This document shows, one piece after another, positions 47,001 to 54,136 of a stretch of 64,000 nucleotides of DNA. Position 1 is the first letter of the stretch, and the number at the start of each line of letters is the position of its first letter. The notes beneath the pieces were generated by a model that was given only the letters and a program-made list of their open reading frames with translations, ran no database searches and had not been told where the DNA came from. The position numbers were made by a program, and so were the translations under genes. Where the stretch lies: positions 96,001 to 160,000 of the IMG/VR virus record IMGVR_UViG_3300033463_000014. One strand, given 5' to 3'. The stretch is from a virus. Taxonomy: Duplodnaviria > Caudoviricetes.

Positions 47001-47176
47001 ACGTCTCCACTCTTAACCTCCTCTACGGGCCTGACCGTCCCGTCATACATCCTTACGGGCGTTCCCTTCGCGAGACACCCGTTCGGCCCTAAAACGGCAA
47101 TCAGGTTGCCGCTGAAGTCGACGTCAAGCTTCTTATGCTGGCGAAAGTTCGTCAGCTCAATACGCTTCAAATGCAT
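44060..47176 (-). CDS. sbcC: SbcC/Rad50-like ATPase, intein-containing
   Basis: LKRIELTNFRQH, split Walker A GPNG/CGKS, coiled coils, CPLC zinc hook, LSGGQK, LSLDEPT, ATH; start at 47176 after GGAAGGAG. Confidence 0.93.
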   Translation of the reverse strand: MHLKRIELTNFRQHKKLDVDFSGNLIAVLGPNGCLAKGTPVRMYDGTVRPVEEVKSGDVLLAFDDESGRLTSSTVSGVVMTSPDHKQKPMLEVEIDGEKTCCTYDHPFFAGDGFYPLYQLVWGALEAGQRAQLKLLCEQYGAPFDDATVWRQNSCRDEASAGSEWVLKDDARWAYREGAQDRGGSVAGEPAWVASGEPYRLQSVKQQGGEPGVVQREVQCVVWGNPWQGDNTESAGADAGGDCGGSEGVVGESEEVSVPCGGSVAEKDPCGGGEERCSGGEKAEPEEHLGNCVRIKVLEAAAYYTIRMREAPYTYCIGREHCYLTHNCGKSNLIGAIQFALTGEQPGFTKANLTTWGEKEGSVKLIFTAGSNNTEFVIVRKTNGDVTLKVDGETIKQARKVEDALREKAGLDKELIRQIVFVPQKGIDAILFDDPKNREVAFQRLIGIGNATKIYESLRSEIAAYDKPQGFDDAIARAREQLDTHEDVARACRETLGKYDAAIRKLPTKEELEKEVDRLAGAQAAVEELVSVTRRLNSAQEAHGRALKELDEVGSFSEEEEERLRKLVDEDGDVVRFLTRLKDLSDAALSAKNEGDAAIREAESDLARYTTKVEDDRAEVKRLDNEQAAAEAEARSLRNMMREASSDGTCPLCGAPATQEDISRHVKEKLDAMEAKRREVTEKARDARMALDKREAEESACARKLDRARTRMEAAKAALKNAKDKNVEGVVIDMVSFEVSYKGNVPDDLPKIESRLADNRRKLNDAVRTKDAAKTARDNVARYSAQVDMVRQAMEAAERRVADIGIKAVDVHGDYSEKCREATEKARSNLDAFNGILRDMATEKGRLDTAEKSIESTRKMIDDLVEKKRVEDAVREKVDVLKRVRDWFSYKEGPRIMSQNVMRDLTACVNSFLDQFCAPFVVEAEEEGFGFRCRFIDGRSMPDPNPDASLLSGGQKVALAIAFRLAIYMCFGGELGLLSLDEPTAYLDDASIGHLGELLQKVGEVARNKGLQIIMATHEKAIMPFLDTRIDLGIMKGE
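46196..47077 (-). mobile_element. Class 1 intein (294 aa) in the SbcC P-loop
   Basis: Block A CLAKGTPVRMYDG, block B TYDHPF, terminal YLTHN followed by Cys+1; removal restores GPNGCGKS. Confidence 0.92.
46204..46890 (-). CDS. NUMOD4-HNH homing endonuclease in an alternative frame inside the intein
   Basis: ERWKQV..NYFVSNMGR (NUMOD4), VHRIVAEAW..VNHIDCNPSNNRAENLEWCS..N (HNH); GGAGG 9 nt upstream of ATG 46890. Confidence 0.9.
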   Translation of the reverse strand: MERKRVAHTTTPSSREMDSIRSISLSGERWKQVRGHSSNYFVSNMGRLLTTRQYGGRIVAVMKPARDPNGYLRTMLDGHTVKVHRIVAEAWLENPLGLPVVNHIDCNPSNNRAENLEWCSVKYNAWYGVTHGRVTIPNPQVLTQEEIAEVRRVWSENRKKYPYHVAGVSLKRILAEEVRNAVPAARKLSLKSISEIAYGLRYWKQPLTIPSECEKHHTHIVSDANIVI

Positions 47177-47219
47177 TCTGTTCTCCTTCCTGGTCAATAC
47201 CAGACCAAGCACCATAACT

Positions 47220-47246
47220 AAAAAAACGCCCCCCTTTCGGGGGGCG
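47220..47246 (-). terminator. Rho-independent terminator
   Basis: CGCCCCC-GAAA-containing GC hairpin followed by a T-run on the minus strand. Confidence 0.7.
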
Positions 47247-48657
47247 CCGGCCTCGGGGAAACCTAGGCCTTGCTAGTTGAAAATGGACATGACCATGCGC
47301 CCGAGTCCATAGGCTGCCTTGACGGCCAGCCCTGCGATCCCGGCCACGCTTCCGGCAAGCTCCACGGCATTGTTCCCAATGCCCTTTATCGACTTGCCAA
47401 CGTCGCGCGCTGCGTAATCCATCACATTGAGAGCCTCTGCCGCGATCTCGCCGTCGTCCATCCTGAGGACCTTGTCGGAGTCCACCAGTCCGAACGTATT
47501 GGCGTACCTCCACAGCTTCGGCTTTCTCTCATGCCTTTCGCGGTTGTCCCTTCTATTCCGTCCGCGGCGCCTAGTCTCCGCGTCAGGATATCCGTTCCAA
47601 CCGCCCCAGCTGTTCAGGCTGTTCCAGTCGCTTCTGGCCATGACGGTGTTGGTCACGTTGGTAACGCTGTTGTCAGTGACGTTGTACGACACCATTCCTG
47701 CGTTTCCGCGATGACCGCACATCGCTTCCCATTTCCGTTTTCGCCTTTTCCTCTTGCACTTGCCGTTAGTATAGTTCATGGCATTTCCCCAGATGGTTCA
47801 CGCGGCACCCTCGTTAAGGGCTGTACGGACATGCCGTGCCGCGCCGCAACCGTGGGCCAAGGACGAAAGGCCCCTCTCCGGAAGCAGAATTCCGAGGGGG
47901 ATCTCCTGTCAACGCCATGAGCTTATCGTGAAGAGGAAAAATCAGGAAACGGGGGTAAGCTTGGCGCGCTCTGCGAGGTACTCCTCCCTCGTCCAGAACA
48001 TACCGAACTCCCTCCCCTCGATGATGATCACGACACCTCCGGACCCGCCGGGCTTTCCCGGTACCCCTGATCCGATGTCGTGATCGTAAACGCTCAGCAC
48101 CCTCCTTTTGCCAAGCCTGTCAGCGTCGTCCGCGCATATTTTCAATCGTTTTTTCGATGGCGCCCTTGACGGGGGCCTGGACGCGGACGAGCTGTTCGCG
48201 GAACGCATGGAGGCGATGCGCCTGAGAATGGCGCACACGGTGAGAAGGTCTGACGCGGCCTCGTCGGCCGGTCCGATGAAGAAGAATGACGAACGCGCTC
48301 CTATGTAGACAGTCTTCCCTGACTGCCTGGCGAGCTCATCCGCCAATGTCATTTTCTCCCTATCCGCCTTCTTCTCTGACATGATTACTGGATTATACCT
48401 AAATCAATGGAAGGATGCTGTCATCACTCCGAGCCATAACATCCTCCGATTTTCAACAGAATCCCGACAGCCATCTCCGCCCCTTTTCGCCCGACATTCC
48501 TGAGCTTGACCGCCTCGGACACCAGATACCAGTAGGCCATGTCCAGAGCGACATCCCTCATGTCTTCAGGCACAGACCTGACCACATCCATAGCGGACCT
48601 GGATTTTGAAGCAAGGGCCTCTACAACACACGAAATATCCATAAGACCTCCAATAGC

Positions 48658-48688
48658 GAAAAAGAAAGCGGGCCCTCACGGTCCCGCA
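48658..48688 (-). terminator. Rho-independent terminator closing the leader-repeat gene array
   Basis: GCGGGACC..GGCCCGC hairpin then TTTCTTTTT. Confidence 0.65.
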
Positions 48689-48961
48689 GTCTTCAATTGA
48701 GAGCGGACTTCGCCGCTTCATCTCATACTCCATTTTCGCGGCCAGACGCCGGGCTGGGGTTACGGCTCGAGGGCGAAACGGCTCGGCCGGTAGTGATTGA
48801 GGCCGTAGGCCTTTCCGTCCTCGTACCCCTCGGTGTACCCGGCCTCGCGGCCGACTTTATATCCGGTCTTGAAACCGGTCTCCTTGCCTTCGGCAAGGCC
48901 CGCCTCGTAGGCGGATCTAATGGCGTTGTCCAGAAGGGCGTCGCCGGTTTTGAAGGTCATG

Positions 48962-50460
48962 TTTTCTCCTTCCGGTCGGGCCGGGTTGGGTTTAGGTCCC
49001 GGCACATCGCCGTGCGCTGGGCCGGTTGAAGTGTCTCAGGGCATACCCTGGAGCCCGGCGTAATTGCCGTCCCGGTAGCCCATCTCGTACGCCGCCCGGA
49101 AGGCGGCCTTCAGCTGGGCCTCGGCCTCGATGCTGAGCATCGAGTGGTCGAGGCCCGCGAGAAGAGCCTTCTCGGCGCTTGCGTTGAGGACCTTCATCAG
49201 GTCCTCCTCGGACGCGGCGGTCCGATTAGATACGACATCGTCTATTGTAAACCGCATGGATTTCTCCTTTCCGGTCTAACCGGATTGGTTCAGACCCCGG
49301 CACGTAGGTGCGCGTGGCTAGAAAAGTTGAAAGAGCATCGCTGTCCCGTCGATTGACTTCAGCGCTCCGACAACGGCCTCGACGAAAAGGCCGTACCCCG
49401 GCAGGGCCGGGTTGAGTCTCTCAAAGGAGACCCACTCGTCCCTGTCCCATTCTTCCTCGACGACTGTCGGGGACAGGACAAGCTGCCACTTGCCCCACAG
49501 GGAGATCAAAGCTCCCCTGAGTTCAGGGGACGGTTCCCCGTCAGAACCGTCCACGTACATCTTTGGTACGTAGACAGTCTCGGCGAGTAAGCTTTGACTT
49601 CCGAGCCGAATCTCGACCTCGAAGAGGCCGAGCTTCTGCTCGTAACAACTAAAAGCCGAAATTTTCATCTGGCTCTCCCTCCTCCCGGTCAGGCCGGGTT
49701 CGGTTTAGGCCCCGGCACGTCGGTGCGCGGGGCCGGAAAGACATTATTCGCCGCGGAGGCGCGTGATGACGCGCATCACGTCCTTCGCGGTCACGGATTC
49801 CGCCCACGTGATCGCGCGGTCGATCTCGTGGCGGAATACGGCGCGGTACCGCGCCGTGAACGGCGGATCGCCCCGCCGGTAATCTTCCGCCTTTCGGCGT
49901 AGGCGCCCGAGGACGTGGGCGATCACGTCCCCGATGGGCGTGTCGAGAGGGAGGCCCCGCCCCGAGAGCCAGTATTTCACCGGCTTCTCGATGCGGGTCT
50001 CTCCCCAGACCGGTGCTCCCTCGTCCGCTTCGATGAGAAGCTTGTGGACGGGGGAGACGATCCCGACGACGTTATAACTCTTCCGCATGTGGAAGAGGAT
50101 AGCGTCCTCGACGACCCGGCGCCCGGCCTTTCCGATCCGCCGCTTCATGTAGCGGCGGACCGGGTCCAGCCGGTCGTCCCTCTCCAGCGCCTCGAGCGCG
50201 GCCGCCGGGTGGCGGTCGCGCTCCCAACCAGGGCGCCCCACGCCTATGTCATGGAGCGTCACGGCCAGCGCTTCCTCGGGCGCGAGGGGGCCGGCCTTGA
50301 GCCGGCGTGCGGCGGCGAGGACCGCCTCCGCATGCGGCCAGCCCCGCCCGTCGGGCTGGTCGTAATACCACTTCGCCGCGTCGACTATCGTCATAGCGGC
50401 CTCCCTTCACCGCCCGGTCGGGCGGAAAACAGTTAAGGCCCCGGCGCAGGGCAGCGCGTA
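48962..50460 (-). repeat. Four copies of a ~55-bp intergenic leader element, one before each gene
   Basis: About 48965-49017, 49263-49313, 49676-49728 and 50401-50457 share CCGGTC-N3-CCGG..GTT(T)AG..CCCGGCAC..GTGCGC on the plus strand; fourth copy is more divergent. Confidence 0.75.
49744..50394 (-). CDS. HD-domain protein
   Basis: WPHAEAV, TLHDIG, DRHP, AILFH, EAD. Confidence 0.7.
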   Translation of the reverse strand: MTIVDAAKWYYDQPDGRGWPHAEAVLAAARRLKAGPLAPEEALAVTLHDIGVGRPGWERDRHPAAALEALERDDRLDPVRRYMKRRIGKAGRRVVEDAILFHMRKSYNVVGIVSPVHKLLIEADEGAPVWGETRIEKPVKYWLSGRGLPLDTPIGDVIAHVLGRLRRKAEDYRRGDPPFTARYRAVFRHEIDRAITWAESVTAKDVMRVITRLRGE

Positions 50461-50491
50461 TGAAAGAACGCCCGTGCGCCCGGGCTTTGGG

Positions 50492-51343
50492 TTATTCGGC
50501 GAGCGGGGCACCCTGGGCTAGCCTGATAAGCTCGTCCACGAAATCTCGGCCGAGCTTATCCCTCGTCTTCATGATAAACCCTCCGGAGTGTGCGAACAGC
50601 ACCTCAGGGCGCCCAGCCAGACGGCTGAAGTCGATCCGCGGATCGTCGTTCAGCCTCAACATGGTGAGTCCCGACCCACGGTCGTCGTGGAAGACGGCGA
50701 CTCCTCGGTCGCCGACCAACGCGTCCGACACCTCGCGGGTTTTAGCTGGATCGTCCGCGAGGAAGTCATAGACCTCCACTCCGCCTACATCCCTCTTTTC
50801 GAGCCCTGCCTTGACCTCGTCGTAGGCGGCCAGCTTCGCGGCGATCATCTCCGCGAGCGGAGAGACCACCTCCCAGCGGGCATCGTCGGTCGCATCCTCG
50901 AACGCCAGGAGCACCATCTGCTCGCAGGGGCCGAGGAACTTGGCGACCGTAGACCAGTCGGTCCCCGCCGACTTCGCCGTCGCGAACGGACCGCATGCGT
51001 CAAGCTCAACCCGCGTCTCAAACCACGGGAAGAGCTTCGCGATCTTTTCGCGGATACCAAGCCAGCTCGCCACCAGACCCATCGCGGACTCTTTTGTACC
51101 ACGCTGGAACTGGTGGTGGTCGAAGCAGAGGTGGTCGGGGTCGTGCTCCCACCCGACATCGATCACCGCAACATCGGGGTCGCTGATCTCTTCCTGTGTA
51201 GGGTCGCGGCGGTATATGAACTCTTTCTCCACTCTACCGCCATTGTCCATTGCCTTCATGGCCATGACAATAGCCACGGCCATCACCTCATCGAGGTGGG
51301 AAGTACCAGCGTGAACGATAAAATATTTGATGCTCTCCAACAT
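50492..51343 (-). CDS. MYG1 (UPF0160)-like DHH-related nuclease/phosphoesterase
   Basis: VHAGTSHLDEV.A, RRDP, VIDVG, FDHHQ, FAHSGGFI. Confidence 0.8.
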   Translation of the reverse strand: MLESIKYFIVHAGTSHLDEVMAVAIVMAMKAMDNGGRVEKEFIYRRDPTQEEISDPDVAVIDVGWEHDPDHLCFDHHQFQRGTKESAMGLVASWLGIREKIAKLFPWFETRVELDACGPFATAKSAGTDWSTVAKFLGPCEQMVLLAFEDATDDARWEVVSPLAEMIAAKLAAYDEVKAGLEKRDVGGVEVYDFLADDPAKTREVSDALVGDRGVAVFHDDRGSGLTMLRLNDDPRIDFSRLAGRPEVLFAHSGGFIMKTRDKLGRDFVDELIRLAQGAPLAE

Positions 51344-52318
51344 GATGATCCCTTTCCCGTTTTGTTGCGCGGACGGACGGGCGCTCTCGCATGTTCTCCG
51401 CCGCAGAAATCCTCCGGGCAGTTTAACGTCATGCCCGGGACGTCCAGCTAATCAAGGAACTTCGCGTGATCCTTGACGAAGAGATTGCTCCAACGTTTGT
51501 ACTCCTCGTCCATGTAACTCTTGATCACGCCTTCATGCTCGCGCCTAGGGAGCCCGGTGGACAACCGAAGGATCTCGTCGAACTTTTCGTTCCCGAGGCC
51601 CATATAGTCGTTCGCGAACGAGCAGGCCTCCTTCAGCGCGCGCGCGCCAATTTCTCCGGATACCCAGCTGCGCTCAAGCGTTTTGCGCGAGAGCGAGTGG
51701 ATCAGCCAGATCTGGACGACACGGACAAAGCACGCGCCATCTTTCTCGTCCAGAATCTGGATCTCCTGACCGGTTGCCGGATTATTGAATCTGGACAGCG
51801 GAGCTACGACGAACATGTCGTCATCGTGCTTCTCGCCGTTCTCCCCAGCGCTCATCCACTTCCCGAGCACGACCACACGGCGCGGCTCGCCGATCCCGAA
51901 CTCAGGCGACATCATCCGGATCTGCCCCTTTTTGATGTCAGGGTCGAAGTCGTCGACGAGCCGCAGACATTCGGCACGCGCCTTATCGTCGTCCGAAGTG
52001 GAGAAGTCTCGGTCCATATCAGGATCCTCCACGCTCTCAAGGCGCTTCCGGATCTGGTATTCGGCGACGAACATATCCGAATGTTCTCGCCTTGCCTCTT
52101 CTTCGCTCTTTGACGGACGCCGCAGTATCTCGTCGAAGCTATCCCACAGTTCTTTTGTGGACTTACCTTTCGTGTCCACTCCACGGTCGAAGCAGAATAC
52201 CTCCCTAAGAAGGGAGTCAAAAACGGTTTTACTCATAGTTTTTTCCTTTGTTTTCCCCCGAAATGGGGGAATCGCTAAAAAATGTCATTAACACTCCTTT
52301 CTCTAGGTTTCTAGGGTT

Positions 52319-52795
52319 CTAGGATTCTAGTGTAGACACGTCCTCTTCTTCGCTTTTCCTGACCTCCTCTAGGAGGCGGCTGACGATATAGCCCTGCAGA
52401 TAGGTCAGGATCTCCCCTCCCTTGCCGATCTCAAGGCCAAATGCGGTCACGATGTTAAGCGCCGCGTGAAGCGCCTCGTGGTAAAGCTGCCCAACGCACA
52501 GCTCGTCACTCATGTCGAGCTTCGGAAGGCGTATAAGCGCATCCACTCCTTCCGTTATCGTATGGGCGAACCCATCTCGCTCCATCATGCGTTCCTTTGC
52601 GCTCAACCTTTTGTTAAACTCAAGGTCAACCGCATCGGAATGCCTCAGGAACTCCTCCCTGCTTCCGACAAATAACATTATCACAGCAGGGAAAATCGGC
52701 ATAATAAACCCTACGCACCCCTTCCAGTCTGGATCGATTCTGATCTGCCCTTTTGGGGCAGTTTTGTCTACATTTCCTACCTCATTTCTCTCCAT
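52319..52795 (-). CDS. Hypothetical protein with HExxH (HEALH) motif
   Basis: LYHEALHA..E.LTYL pattern of small phage zincin-like proteins. Confidence 0.5.
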   Translation of the reverse strand: MERNEVGNVDKTAPKGQIRIDPDWKGCVGFIMPIFPAVIMLFVGSREEFLRHSDAVDLEFNKRLSAKERMMERDGFAHTITEGVDALIRLPKLDMSDELCVGQLYHEALHAALNIVTAFGLEIGKGGEILTYLQGYIVSRLLEEVRKSEEEDVSTLES

Positions 52796-52822
52796 TCTCT
52801 CTATCCTCAAATCTCAAATAGC

Positions 52823-52858
52823 GAAAAACAGGGAGGGTGTTTCACCTCCTGTTTTTTC
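52823..52858. terminator. Probable bidirectional terminator
   Basis: AAAAACAGGGAGG..CCTCCTGTTTTTT. Confidence 0.6.
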
Positions 52859-52902
52859 CTTGCCGCGCGTGCGCGGCTTTTGGCGCAGGTTCGCGCCTAT
52901 CC

Positions 52903-53049
52903 TTACGGATTATTAGGAGCCTGAGGCTCCTTCGGACGGTCCTGAGGCTTAGCAGGTTTCGGTTTCGCGCAGTTCTGCGCGATAACCTCCGCCTGTGCCT
53001 CAGGAACGCCCTGCTTAAGCAGGGCGTAAAAGATTTCCTCTTCGGACAT
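52903..53049 (-). CDS. Small ORF, 48 aa (MSEEEIFYALLKQGVPEAQAEVIAQNC...)
   Basis: Below the ORF-track cut-off; amphipathic helical N-half; purine-rich upstream sequence. Confidence 0.5.
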   Translation of the reverse strand: MSEEEIFYALLKQGVPEAQAEVIAQNCAKPKPAKPQDRPKEPQAPNNP

Positions 53050-53227
53050 CTTTTTTTTTCCCAGGTTTCCCTTCCCCTCCATCCGAACTTACGACAGGCA
53101 CGCCTGCCGCAGTACTCGGACTTTAGTCCGGTATTACCCTGCGCCCCCCATTGCTGGGCCGCGGTCTCCCGCGGATCTTCGGCTGGGCGCCTGCCAAAAA
53201 CCCCGACCCACCCGGGCGGGGAAAACG

Positions 53228-53626
53228 AAAAACCCGCATGCCGCTGGAATGACGGCATGCGGGCTCCTACTCGGGATTCCAACCCCTTTCGGAACAGGGG
53301 CCCATTTGAGGGACCCCTCCCCATCGGCATCCTGGTGCTGCCTTTGGGGGAAAATCTCTTTCGTCCCGCCCCCAGGCCACCGAAGCGGCCCGGGGACGGG
53401 ACATGCCGCCGGTTTTGACCGGCTTGGGGAAGTTGGATTTCGGAGCGCGGCACTTCCCGATGAACACGCTCCTAGCCGGTGGAACACCCCGCGGCTCCCG
53501 GCAGCCGCGGCCCCTCTATGATGAGGGGGACGCCATGGAGGCCCGCTGAAACTCCTTGAAAGTCGCGGGCCCCTTTTATCATTCCTCGCCCTGGCTTGAC
53601 GAGGAAGGGTGAGGAACTTATTTTTC
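53228..53626 (-). ncRNA. Candidate ~400-nt structured non-coding RNA
   Basis: Bounded by TATAAT (53632-53637) and a perfect 11-bp terminator stem plus T5 (53228-53263); continuous hairpins and an H-type pseudoknot; no credible ORF. Confidence 0.55.
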
Positions 53627-53718
53627 ACCTTATTATAACCGGGAATTCGTATATTTTAACTCCCGGAAACAAAACGGCGGGGACCATCTCTGATCCCCGC
53701 CGCACGCACCTCCCGACC

Positions 53719-53760
53719 CTAATCAAATAGGATCAGGAGGATGTAGATGAGGACTGGCAT
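53719..53760 (-). CDS. 13-aa hydrophobic peptide MPVLIYILLILFD
   Basis: AAAGGAGG SD before ATG; followed by a terminator at about 53668-53702. Confidence 0.5.
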   Translation of the reverse strand: MPVLIYILLILFD

Positions 53761-53832
53761 GTCCCCTCCTTTCCCCCTTGATGGGTTTTTCCAACACGGC
53801 CCCGTGGGGGTGGGGCGAGAATCGCCCCCGAA

Positions 53833-53909
53833 TGGTGCGCGTGCCGGGACTTGAACCCGGAACCTGCGGATTAGGAATCCGCCGCTCTGTCCAGTTGAGC
53901 TACACGCGC
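53833..53909 (-). tRNA. tRNA-Arg, anticodon CCT
   Basis: GCGCGTG acceptor, TAGCTCAACTGGACAGAGC D arm, GCGGA-TTCCTAA-TCCGC anticodon arm, GGTTCAAGTCC T arm, encoded CCA. Confidence 0.96.
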
Positions 53910-54041
53910 AAAATCCTTCCGCCGTGACGTCGCGGATTATGTGAGGCTTGGTGCCTCAACGGTGTGCCGGGGACTCGGGCATGGGGTAGCACACTTTCCA
54001 TGCCATTCGAATAAGGGAAATGTTTCACTTTCCCTCACAGT

Positions 54042-54052
54042 ATTATAACCGG
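54042..54052 (-). promoter_or_regulatory. -10 promoter motif CCGGTTATAATA, repeated at 53631-53642
   Basis: Identical 12-mer upstream of both non-coding transcription units; A-tracts upstream. Confidence 0.65.
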
Positions 54053-54136
54053 AAAATGCCCTTTTTTTAGCCATTTTACGGCTTTTTTTGAGGAAAAACG
54101 CCTTTTTTTAGCACCTGTTTTCGCGCTGGCGTGACG

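Noticed and set aside
53228-53626. Possible tmRNA or RNase P RNA
   Set aside because: No alanyl acceptor stem with T-loop and CCA, no tag frame, and no RNase P P4 consensus found by eye
52837-53628. Several 60-200 aa ORFs on both strands
   Set aside because: Pro/Arg/Gly-rich translations of GC-rich hairpin sequence that cross a terminator
53833-53909. tRNA as a prophage attachment site
   Set aside because: No integrase or duplicated tRNA 3' end noticed in the window; phage-like genes lie on both sides
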